Assembly (NCBI GenBank): GCA_016783355.1
Contig: JADHWR010000001.1
Span: forward strand, 6,072 to 70,071
Direction of reading: 5' to 3'
DNA from: Candidatus Omnitrophota bacterium
Lineage (GTDB): Bacteria; Omnitrophota; Gorgyraeia; Gygaellales; JAHJCI01
Length of the DNA stretch: 64,000 nt
Below, piece after piece: positions 32,455 to 41,569 of this stretch (its first letter is position 1; each line of letters starts with the position of its first letter). A model generated the notes under the pieces. That model was not told where the DNA came from. It was given only the letters and a program-made list of their open reading frames with translations, and searched no databases. The position numbers and the translations under genes are program-made.

Positions 32455-32511
32455 TAAATTGAGGCATCTTGATTTTAAGATACATTAAAAAAGCAAAAAG
32501 TCAAGAAAATA

Positions 32512-33384
32512 TTAAACGAGCTCTGCCCGGCGTATTAACTCTGGCACCAAATTGCTCAAGCCCAAAGGCATAATGTGGACTCCCGCGCACATTGGCTTCA
32601 ATTCTTTAATCAATCCAACAGCAATCTTCATTGACATCTGCCGCCGATCCGAGGCCTTCTCCATTTCCTTTATTAGATTATCAGGAACCTTTATACCGGA
32701 AATATTCTTATTCATATAACGTGCCATTTGAGCAGATTTTAATGGAATTATACCGGTTAATATAGTTGTTTTTAAATGTTTTATCTTTGATAAAAAGACA
32801 ACGAATTTTTCTATATCGAAAATTGCCTGGGTCTGGAAAAACTGGGCACCGTGCTCAATCTTTTTCTCCATCTTCATAATTTCAGGTTCAAAAGGCTCGG
32901 CGCCCGGATTTACTACGGCGCCAGCACAGAACTGGGGACTCCTTCCTTCCAGGGGGGCGCCACTCATATCAAAGCCCTCCTCTAATTTCTTTATTACACT
33001 TAAAAGCTCTATTGAATTTAAGTCAAATACTGCTTTTGCTTGCGGATGATCTCCTTTATCCGGAGAATCTCCTGTTAAAATCAAGATATTCTTAATACCA
33101 AAGGCTGCGGCGGCTAAAATATCTGATTGGAGGGCAAGCCGATTCCGGTCACGACAGGTAACTTGAAAAATAGGCTCAAAACCATTTTGTTTTAAGATGA
33201 TTGAACCGGCAAGAGAACTCAAGCGCATTACGGCACTCTGTAGGTCTGTAACATTTATGGCATCGATGCTTGCACCTAAAATCTTTGCCTCCTCTAAAAT
33301 TAGAGCCGAATCTGCGCCTTTTGGTGGCCCAATTTCTGAAGTGATTAAAAATTTTCCTGAGTGAATTTTTTCTTGAAAAGTCAT
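32512..33384 (-). CDS. metF: 5,10-methylenetetrahydrofolate reductase
   Basis: A 290 aa ORF with MetF TIM-barrel sequence (..SFEFFPPK-like SEIGPPKG.. LTGD..), adjacent to folD. Confidence 0.85.
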   Translation of the reverse strand: MTFQEKIHSGKFLITSEIGPPKGADSALILEEAKILGASIDAINVTDLQSAVMRLSSLAGSIILKQNGFEPIFQVTCRDRNRLALQSDILAAAAFGIKNILILTGDSPDKGDHPQAKAVFDLNSIELLSVIKKLEEGFDMSGAPLEGRSPQFCAGAVVNPGAEPFEPEIMKMEKKIEHGAQFFQTQAIFDIEKFVVFLSKIKHLKTTILTGIIPLKSAQMARYMNKNISGIKVPDNLIKEMEKASDRRQMSMKIAVGLIKELKPMCAGVHIMPLGLSNLVPELIRRAELV

Positions 33385-34226
33385 TTTTTCCTTTGTATCT
33401 TTGCTGCCTCAACAAGATTGCGCAAAAGCATCATTACAGTAAGGGGGCCTACGCCTCCAGGAACTGGTGTAATCCAGGAGGCCCTCTTTGCTGCTTCTTC
33501 AAACTCAACATCTCCCACAATTTTACCATTAGCCCTGTTTATCCCGACGTCAATCACAACGGCACCTTCTTTAATCCATTTACCCTTAATTAATCCTGCT
33601 CTACCCACAGCAGAAATAAGAACCTGCGCTCTCTCTACATGCTTGGCTAAATTACCCTTTTCGCTGGTTGCAATATGGCAGACCGCAACTGTAGCAAACT
33701 TCTCAAGAAGCATCAATGCCAGGGGCTTACCGACAATCCTGCTGTGTCCAACAATAACCACCTCTTTACCATATAAGTCAATACCAGTTACCTCCAGTAA
33801 CTGCATTACTGCTGCTGTAGTAGTAGGTAAAATCAAGGCATCCCCAACAATAAGACTCCCCAAATTACTCAGAGACACCCCTTCTATATCCTTTTGGGGC
33901 GAAAGTATACTGCTTATCTTTTTATGATCAATATGGACAGGTAAAGGGAACATTACAACTATCCCGTTTACGTGTTTATCCTGATTTAATCTCTGAATCA
34001 GACCGCTGAGGTCTTTTTCTGTTATAACTTGAGACAATTTATGCAATTGACACTCAATTCCTAAAGCAGAGGATTCTTTTTTCTGTGCTTTAATGTAGGA
34101 ATCACAACCGGGATTATCTCCTACCTGAATAGTTGCCAAAACCGGCCTGATCTTAAAATCAGAGATTTCTTTTGCTAAAGAATTCTTAATCCTGCGCGCA
34201 ATTGGTCCTGCCTCTAATAATCTCAT
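33381..34226 (-). CDS. folD: Bifunctional methylene-THF dehydrogenase / methenyl-THF cyclohydrolase
   Basis: A 281 aa ORF with the FolD motifs VGDNPGCDSYI and TPVPGGVGPLTV. Confidence 0.92.
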   Translation of the reverse strand: MRLLEAGPIARRIKNSLAKEISDFKIRPVLATIQVGDNPGCDSYIKAQKKESSALGIECQLHKLSQVITEKDLSGLIQRLNQDKHVNGIVVMFPLPVHIDHKKISSILSPQKDIEGVSLSNLGSLIVGDALILPTTTAAVMQLLEVTGIDLYGKEVVIVGHSRIVGKPLALMLLEKFATVAVCHIATSEKGNLAKHVERAQVLISAVGRAGLIKGKWIKEGAVVIDVGINRANGKIVGDVEFEEAAKRASWITPVPGGVGPLTVMMLLRNLVEAAKIQRKK

Positions 34227-34334
34227 TGTTTCATTTCAGAAGTCCTGACTTGCGAACTATTCAAGCGGGTCCTGGCAGCCCACCGCCTCGCCACCCGCTT
34301 GGTATGCAACCTTACGAAACCTTCTCTGTGTCCA
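34227..34334 (-). promoter_or_regulatory. GC-rich structured intergenic element between fchA and folD. It is a perfect 9 bp stem with a GC-rich loop
   Basis: CAAGCGGGT-CCTGGCAGCCCACCGCCTCGCC-ACCCGCTTG. The composition differs sharply from the AT-rich surroundings, and the element lies in the 5' leader of folD. Confidence 0.35.
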
Positions 34335-34868
34335 TTATTTGGTAGACAATACATCGTTACATTTTTCCTCAATAAAAGCTCTTCTGTTTCTAACATAGCG
34401 ATAACTTAGCTGAAGTTCTTTAATAATCTTTGCGCTTCTTTTTTTCTCTAAATTCCTTAGATTTATCTTAACATTAAAATAAGCACTCCCAAATCCTGCC
34501 TCAAGCAAAACCGCGGCTACAGCGACATCACTAATTAAGTTTTTATTTGCCTTCGGGAAAAGCAGGGCACATAGTTTTATTCCTTGCTTAGAAAGCCGGG
34601 CTACCTTCAAGGGTACATTTAATACTAAGTTTTTCTTTCCGCTTTTAAAAGCAAAAATGTCCAGATCCACCAGTTTTAAAAATTCCTTTCTTAGGCTTTC
34701 GGATTTGCGAAGTCCCCCCCTCATCTCTCCTTTACTAAAATTAATGACCATGCTGATTAAAGCCATACCCATCGCCGAGGTTAATGCCGCAGCTGCTCCA
34801 CCGCCTGGAGTGGACTTCCTTGCCGATAAATCATCCAGATAACTTTTGAGTGATTTATTATAATACAT
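34335..34868 (-). CDS. fchA: Formiminotransferase-cyclodeaminase C-domain protein (methenyl-THF cyclohydrolase FchA-like)
   Basis: A 177 aa ORF with KSTPGGGAAAALTSAMGMAL, the FTCD_C signature. Confidence 0.8.
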   Translation of the reverse strand: MYYNKSLKSYLDDLSARKSTPGGGAAAALTSAMGMALISMVINFSKGEMRGGLRKSESLRKEFLKLVDLDIFAFKSGKKNLVLNVPLKVARLSKQGIKLCALLFPKANKNLISDVAVAAVLLEAGFGSAYFNVKINLRNLEKKRSAKIIKELQLSYRYVRNRRAFIEEKCNDVLSTK

Positions 34869-36402
34869 TTTTTAGCCGGGGCTTCTTTGGCAAGCCGGGC
34901 ATAGTCTGAATATTGCCACAGTAAACCAGGATAAATCCTGCGCCCGCAGCAATCCTTAAATCACGCACAGATAAAGTAAATTTTGAAGGCGCGCCTTTCA
35001 ATTTCGGATTATGAGATAAAGAAAGATGTGTTTTTACCATGCAAACAGGTAAATTGTTAAGGCGCTTTAACCTCTTTAATTTCTCTCTAGCCATCGAACT
35101 AAATTTTACTCTCCCTGCTCCATAGATGAGTTTTGCAATCGTCTCAATCTTTTTTTCTAAAGGCATCGCCAATGGATATAAAAATCTAAAATTATTCCTC
35201 TTTTGTTGCGCTGCCTCAATTACTGCCTCTGCTAAAGAAAGGCCTCCACGGGAGCCTAACTGATGAACCTGGCAAATTTCAGCCTTTAGGGCACCAAACT
35301 CGATCGCCTTTTGTTTAATTAAAGCCAACTGGCTTTGTGAGTCTCCCTGGAAGCGATTGATTGCCACAATCACAGGAATTCCAAAAATACGGACATTCTC
35401 AATCTGTTTTTTCAGGTTCTCTAAACCATGCACTCTTAATGCCCGCATAGAACAAACCAACACAGCTACATCGGGCTTGAGATGTCCTTGTCGGCATTTA
35501 ATGTTAAAAAACTTCTCTGCGCCGCAATCTGCACCAAAACCTGCTTCGGTGATAACAAAATCAGAAAGCGAAAGTGCAATCTTATCGGCAATAATGGAAT
35601 TTGCCCCGTGGGCAATATTGCCGAAGGGGCTTGTATGGACAAAACAGGGCGTCCCTTGCGCTGTCTGCACTAAATTTGGCTTTATTGCATCTTTCAGTAA
35701 ATCGGCTATTAATGAGTCGAGCTTTAAATCTTTTAAGGTGATACCGTTGCCGCTAAGATCATTACCAATCTCTATTCTTTTTACGCGCCGCTTTAACTCA
35801 TTAAAATCATTACACAAAGAAAGCACAGCCATAATCTCAGAAGCAGCTGTAATATCAAAGCCTGTAATATAGGAAAGCGATTTGTTATTCACTGCTTTTA
35901 TTTTTCTTAAAAAACGGTCGCTTATCTCTAATGTCCTGTGCCAATAAATTCTCTTTGCATCTATATTTAAAGGATTGCCGCGATAGACTAAATTGTCAAT
36001 GAATGCAGCAATGAAATTATTGGCCGTCTCAATAGCGAAACTGTCACCTGTAAAATATAGATTGATGTCTCTGTAGGGAAAAACCTGTGAATAGCCGCTA
36101 CCTGTGCCTGGGCCCTTGCGTCCGAAAAGAAGCGCAACGGAAGGCTGACGAATACAAACAAAGCTTTTTTTCTTCAGGCTATTTAAGGCCATTGATAAAC
36201 CAATAGCAATGGTAGTTTTTCCCTCACCAAGAACCGTAGGGGTCATTGCTGTAACCAAAATATACTTACCCTGCTTCCTTTTTTTTATTTCATCAAGAAT
36301 ACCTAAGTCTACCTTAGCAATATATGGCCCGAAATGAGTAAGGTAAATTTTGCCAATATTTGCCTTGGCTGCTATTTTTTCGATTGGCTGTAATTTTAAC
36401 AT
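34858..36402 (-). CDS. fhs: Formate--tetrahydrofolate ligase
   Basis: A 514 aa ORF with the FTHFS motif PTVLGEGKTTIAIGL and C-terminal family sequence. Confidence 0.9.
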   Translation of the reverse strand: MLKLQPIEKIAAKANIGKIYLTHFGPYIAKVDLGILDEIKKRKQGKYILVTAMTPTVLGEGKTTIAIGLSMALNSLKKKSFVCIRQPSVALLFGRKGPGTGSGYSQVFPYRDINLYFTGDSFAIETANNFIAAFIDNLVYRGNPLNIDAKRIYWHRTLEISDRFLRKIKAVNNKSLSYITGFDITAASEIMAVLSLCNDFNELKRRVKRIEIGNDLSGNGITLKDLKLDSLIADLLKDAIKPNLVQTAQGTPCFVHTSPFGNIAHGANSIIADKIALSLSDFVITEAGFGADCGAEKFFNIKCRQGHLKPDVAVLVCSMRALRVHGLENLKKQIENVRIFGIPVIVAINRFQGDSQSQLALIKQKAIEFGALKAEICQVHQLGSRGGLSLAEAVIEAAQQKRNNFRFLYPLAMPLEKKIETIAKLIYGAGRVKFSSMAREKLKRLKRLNNLPVCMVKTHLSLSHNPKLKGAPSKFTLSVRDLRIAAGAGFILVYCGNIQTMPGLPKKPRLKNVL

Positions 36403-36403
36403 C

Positions 36404-36787
36404 TTAATAAATGTAACCTGTGTCGAGACTAAAGGCGTTCTTAAACAAATCTATTTGCGGATTTTCTTCGAGTAAAATCGAGATAACATCGAAACGCGCC
36501 GGCTTAGTTAACAGTGCATTTCTCTTGAGAAAACCTAAAGCAGTCTTTGCTATCTTTCTCTGTTTGTTCCTGCCCACGGCCTCATAGGGCAGGCCAAAGT
36601 GAACGCTGCGCCTAAGTTTAACTTCAATAAAACAAACTATGCCTTTATCCCTGGCAATAATATCAATCTGGCCAAGTTTTGTATGGTAATCCGTAGTAAT
36701 AATCTTATAACCCCTCTTTTTCAAAAAAGCCACTGCCATTCCTTCTCCTGTCTTTCCTAATTCTAAATTGTTCCGCCTAGTTATCAT
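36404..36787 (-). CDS. yraN: YraN-family (UPF0102) predicted endonuclease
   Basis: A 127 aa ORF with GE..A..FL...GY.I...N......GEIDIIA... family spacing (GKTGEGMAVAFLKKRGYKII...GQIDIIA). Confidence 0.75.
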   Translation of the reverse strand: MITRRNNLELGKTGEGMAVAFLKKRGYKIITTDYHTKLGQIDIIARDKGIVCFIEVKLRRSVHFGLPYEAVGRNKQRKIAKTALGFLKRNALLTKPARFDVISILLEENPQIDLFKNAFSLDTGYIY

Positions 36788-37412
36788 TCCAGGAAAACGT
36801 TAGGCGATGTATTACCGATGAGCCAAAATTACAAAGAGCCTGACGGTGCCCCACTGTACCATAGCCCTTATGGCGGCTGAAGCCATATTCTGGCCAGCGT
36901 AAATCATATAGACTCATCAGGTGGTCACGAACGACTTTGGCTAAAATAGAAGCGCAAGCAATACTCTTTGATTTTGCATCACCCTTAATAATATTAACTA
37001 CAGGATAATCCACGGATAACCTTAGATTACCATCAAGGAGAATGCCGATGCGTCTTCTTCTCTTATCTAATTTCTCGATTAAATTCTTTAGTGCCTCCTC
37101 CATTGCCCTTTTTGTCGCCACAAGAATGTTCACTCTGTCAATCGTCCTCGCTTTAATCATCCCCAGGCCAAAGATAGACTTTTGCATAATTTCCGGAAAG
37201 GCATCAGTTCTCCTTTTTGAACTTAACCTTTTGGAGTCATCAATTTTGTTTTTAAAAGTCCAACTGGTCAAACACACAGCAGCAGCAACCACTGCCCCTG
37301 CCAAACAACCCCTGCCTACCTCATCTATTCCGATAATTGTATCAAATCCTTGCCTCTTTAGTTTTTTCTCATAATAAAGCATCCTATCTATAAACCTCTC
37401 TTCTGTGGGCAA
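36777..37412 (-). CDS. rnhB: Ribonuclease HII
   Basis: A 211 aa ORF with IGIDEVGRGCLAGAVVAAAV, the RNase HII catalytic N-terminus. Confidence 0.9.
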   Translation of the reverse strand: MPTEERFIDRMLYYEKKLKRQGFDTIIGIDEVGRGCLAGAVVAAAVCLTSWTFKNKIDDSKRLSSKRRTDAFPEIMQKSIFGLGMIKARTIDRVNILVATKRAMEEALKNLIEKLDKRRRRIGILLDGNLRLSVDYPVVNIIKGDAKSKSIACASILAKVVRDHLMSLYDLRWPEYGFSRHKGYGTVGHRQALCNFGSSVIHRLTFSWNDN

Positions 37413-37644
37413 TGTCTAAAATATAGACAGTTATTTCTTGCTTTTCAATAGAATAAATAATTCTGTATACGCCAACCCTGAAAGAATATTTGCCTTTCAA
37501 TCTATCCTTCAGGGTTTTACCTAAAAAGGGATTGGTTTTAAGGAGCTCTAAGGCATTATCAATGCGTTGAAATAATTCTTTATTGCTAATAAATAACTTA
37601 CGATAGAATTTCTCCGCGTCTCTAAGTAAGATTATTTTATACAA
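37384..37644 (-). CDS. relE: RelE/ParE-family toxin
   Basis: An 86 aa basic protein with a ...RVGVYRIIY...IL.I.HRREVYR RelE/ParE-type C-terminus. It overlaps the upstream antitoxin gene by 8 nt. Confidence 0.8.
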   Translation of the reverse strand: MYKIILLRDAEKFYRKLFISNKELFQRIDNALELLKTNPFLGKTLKDRLKGKYSFRVGVYRIIYSIEKQEITVYILDIAHRREVYR

Positions 37645-37912
37645 GGCCGAGCTCTTTTTTTATGTCATCTAAAGAGTGTCCGCGGCTGGATTTTTTTTCT
37701 TTCTCAGCCTTCGAGAGACGACGCATAAGAACCTTATCAGATTGAATATCCATAGTCTCCAAAATGCTCTCATAATCATCGATGCTCATAATTACTGCCT
37801 CAGGATTACCTCTCTTGGTTATTATATATCTGGCAAACCTCTCACTGACGCTCTTTAGAACTTTAGCTAATTTAGGCCTTAACTCTCTTACTGATATTGT
37901 TGCTATACTCAT
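37637..37912 (-). CDS. phd: Phd/YefM-family antitoxin
   Basis: A 91 aa ORF whose N-terminus has the YefM/Phd fold pattern (ISVRELRPKLAKVL...ITKRGNPEAVIMSIDDYESILET) and an acidic/charged C-terminal tail. Confidence 0.8.
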   Translation of the reverse strand: MSIATISVRELRPKLAKVLKSVSERFARYIITKRGNPEAVIMSIDDYESILETMDIQSDKVLMRRLSKAEKEKKSSRGHSLDDIKKELGLV

Positions 37913-37933
37913 CTCTTTTTCCTCCCTGTTAAA

Positions 37934-37962
37934 AGTGTACCATAATGTGTAAACTTTGTCAA
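37934..37962 (-). promoter_or_regulatory. Sigma-70-like promoter for the phd-relE operon
   Basis: On the minus strand: TTGACA, a 17 nt spacer, then TACACT, followed by GGGAGG and ATG. A TACAC direct repeat overlaps the -10 and may be an operator. Confidence 0.5.
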
Positions 37963-37977
37963 GGATATCCTGTAGCC

Positions 37978-38313
37978 TCAGGCTCTCATTGCTCGTCTTC
38001 CTACTCTTTTTCTTAAATAATAAAGTTTTGCCCTTTTTTTCTTTGTTGCCCGGCGTAAAATATCAATGTGTTTAATCTGAGGTGAATATAATGGGAAAAC
38101 ATACTCCACCCCTTCGCCGTATGAAATCTTGCGCACCGTAAAAGCGCTCGCCATACCTTTTCCCTTTTTTGCAATAACAATACCCTCAAAGGGATGCAAG
38201 CGAGCTCTCTCACCCTCAGCAATCTTTGTCAAAACCTTAACAGTATCACCCACAGCAAAGTCTGGCATTTTATTTTTGGTATAATCTTGTTCGATCAGCT
38301 TAATCTTATCCAT
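37978..38313 (-). CDS. rplS: 50S ribosomal protein L19
   Basis: A 111 aa ORF with L19 family sequence (..GDTVKV..EGERARLHPFEG..), placed downstream of trmD. Confidence 0.92.
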   Translation of the reverse strand: MDKIKLIEQDYTKNKMPDFAVGDTVKVLTKIAEGERARLHPFEGIVIAKKGKGMASAFTVRKISYGEGVEYVFPLYSPQIKHIDILRRATKKKRAKLYYLRKRVGRRAMRA

Positions 38314-38377
38314 TTTCTTCGCTCCTTCCTCACTCGGAGTGTAAAGTATTTAAGTTTTAACTTACACACTTATAAAC

Positions 38378-39148
38378 TTACACACTAAAAAGATCTGGTC
38401 TTTTCTTCTTTGTTACTTTAATTGCTTGTTTTCTTCTCCATTCTTCTATTTTCTTATGATTGCCGGATAAAAGAACAGAGGGTACCTTCATTCCCCTGTA
38501 ATCCGCTGGACGCGTATATTGTTCGTATTCTAACAAGTTATCTTTAAATGACTCGATTTGCAAGGATTTTTTTTCTCCGAGAACCCCAGGAATAAGTCTA
38601 ATTACACAATCGATAACAACCATAGCCGGAAGCTCTCCACCAGTAAGAACGTAATCTCCAATAGAAATTTCAAAATCCACTAAATATCTTCTTACACGCT
38701 CATCAATTCCCTCATAATGCCCGCAGATTAAAATCAGATGTTTGTATTTTGCCAATCTCTGGGCAATCTTTTGGTTTAATCTCATACCCTGTGGGCTTAA
38801 TAAAATAATCTTTCCCCGGCTTCGGCGGGATCCCACTTTAGCAAGAGACCTTTGACCTTTGCTTGCCCCGTAGGCCCTGCCTTTTTCAGAAAAAGCGCGG
38901 GGTCCTTCGGGGAGCTTTGAGATTATGTCTCTAATTGCATTGAAAATGGGCTCCGGTCCTAAAATCATCCCTGGACCGCCGCCAAAAGGCCGATCATCGA
39001 CCTTGCGATGTTTATCAGGAGAATAATCTCTAAGATTATGTACATTTATCATAATCTTTCTTTTCTCTCTGGCGCGCTTAATAATTGACTCATTTAAAAC
39101 AGCATCAAACATCTCGGGAAATATTGTCAGGATATCAATACGCATCAT
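38378..39148 (-). CDS. trmD: tRNA (guanine37-N1)-methyltransferase with an insertion of about 25 aa
   Basis: MMRIDILTIFPEMF...DDRPFGGGPGMIL...LLSPQG. The segment PEGPRAFSEKGRAYGASKGQRSLAKVGSRRSRG is absent from typical TrmD and maps onto a palindromic DNA element. Confidence 0.9.
   Translation of the reverse strand: MMRIDILTIFPEMFDAVLNESIIKRAREKRKIMINVHNLRDYSPDKHRKVDDRPFGGGPGMILGPEPIFNAIRDIISKLPEGPRAFSEKGRAYGASKGQRSLAKVGSRRSRGKIILLSPQGMRLNQKIAQRLAKYKHLILICGHYEGIDERVRRYLVDFEISIGDYVLTGGELPAMVVIDCVIRLIPGVLGEKKSLQIESFKDNLLEYEQYTRPADYRGMKVPSVLLSGNHKKIEEWRRKQAIKVTKKKRPDLFSV
38866..38912. mobile_element. Family-1-related 47 bp hairpin element inserted in frame in trmD
   Basis: CCCCGTAGG...CCTTCGGGG termini (one mismatch) with an internal near-palindrome CTTTTTCAGAAAAAG. 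The left flank CTTGCCCCGT matches the tgt and infB copies. Element plus 4 bp equals 51 bp. Confidence 0.5.
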
Positions 39149-39169
39149 AGTAATCTAAAAATCAGAAAA

Positions 39170-39278
39170 GTGTAAGGTGTAAAGCGAAAGGCGTAAAACT
39201 AATGTCTAAAGTTCAAAGTTTTTTTAAGAAAGTTTTGAGTTTTTAGTTTCAGTTTTGCGCTTTACGCCTTGCGCTTTG
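39170..39278. repeat. Long-range inverted repeat in the trmD-tgt intergenic region
   Basis: TGTAAAGCGAAAGGCGTAAA (about 39175) pairs with TTTACGCCTTGCGCTTTGCA (about 39258) across an AT-rich loop of about 70 nt. The TTTACGCCTTGCGCTTT motif recurs at 53443-53465. Confidence 0.5.
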
Positions 39279-39282
39279 CACT

Positions 39283-40440
<1,158 letters not shown>

Positions 40441-40531
40441 TCAGCGGAGGGAAAATAGCCAAAATATAAATGAAAGAATAATGCTTAATAATATGCAGGA
40501 AGCGACAGGAAAATAAAAACTAAAATTTTTC

Positions 40532-41569
40532 TTAAAGAAACTCCTCTTGTTTTTCTCTGTGATAAGGCAAACCTAGTCGCTTATATGCCATCTCTGTTGC
40601 CATCCGACCCCGTGCTGTTCGCTTTAAATATCCTGCCTTTAAAAGATAGGGTTCGATCGTATCCATAATTGTCTGCCTATCCTCATTGAGACTTGCTGCT
40701 AATGCCTCTATGCCCACCGGCCCACCGGAATAAGTATCAATAATGATCCGTAAAAGGCGGCGGTCAATCTGATTAAGACCATTAGAATCAATACCCAATG
40801 CTTCTCTGGTCAACGTGACGAGATCTGCATCAATGACTTCTTTATTTTTTACTTGGGCGTAATCACGGACACGTCGCAGCATCCGATTGGCAATTCGTGG
40901 TGTTCCGCGACAACAGCGAGCAATCTCCATACTTGCTTCTTTCTCAATATTGATATCAAGCCTGTTTGCAGAATGGTGAATTATTAAAGATAAATCCTCT
41001 GGATTATAAAAATCAAGGTGGTAAAAAATTCCAAATCTACTGTGCAACGGTCCAGATAAAAGGCCTGCACGCGTCGTTGCACCGATTAAGGTAAAAGGCT
41101 TAAGATTGAATTTGATTGTCTTTGCATAGGGGCCTTTATCGATCAGAAAATCGATCTGAAAATTCTCCATTGCAGGATACAAAAATTCCTCCACTACTTT
41201 CGAGAGCCGGTGAATCTCATCAATAAACAAAATATCCCCTATTTCTAAATTGGTAAGAATCCCGATTAAATCTCCGGCACGTTCAATTGCCGGGCCTGCG
41301 GTAGCTGTAATCTTAGCCTGCATTGTCATCGTAATAACATGAGCGAGGCTGGTCTTGCCCAAACCAGGAGGACCGTTTAAAAGTATATGCTCTAATGGCT
41401 CTTTTCTCTGTTTTGCGGCTGCGATCACAACTTTAAGATTCTCAATAGTCTCCCCCTGCCCAACAAACTCAGCTAAACTACGTGGTCGAAGGCTAAGATT
41501 GAGGACATTATCTTCCTCTGTCTCCTTAAGATTAATGACTGACTTGTGTTGAGTCGGTTTGCCTTTCAT
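40532..41569 (-). CDS. ruvB: Holliday junction ATP-dependent DNA helicase RuvB. The likely start is MKGKPTQ
   Basis: AAA+ motifs LNGPPGLGKTSLA and DEIHRL, plus a C-terminal winged helix. Confidence 0.9.
   Translation of the reverse strand: MKGKPTQHKSVINLKETEEDNVLNLSLRPRSLAEFVGQGETIENLKVVIAAAKQRKEPLEHILLNGPPGLGKTSLAHVITMTMQAKITATAGPAIERAGDLIGILTNLEIGDILFIDEIHRLSKVVEEFLYPAMENFQIDFLIDKGPYAKTIKFNLKPFTLIGATTRAGLLSGPLHSRFGIFYHLDFYNPEDLSLIIHHSANRLDINIEKEASMEIARCCRGTPRIANRMLRRVRDYAQVKNKEVIDADLVTLTREALGIDSNGLNQIDRRLLRIIIDTYSGGPVGIEALAASLNEDRQTIMDTIEPYLLKAGYLKRTARGRMATEMAYKRLGLPYHREKQEEFL

Noticed and set aside
33361-33927. A 188 aa plus-strand ORF antisense to folD
   Set aside because: It is antisense to a well-conserved FolD reading frame and has no independent support.
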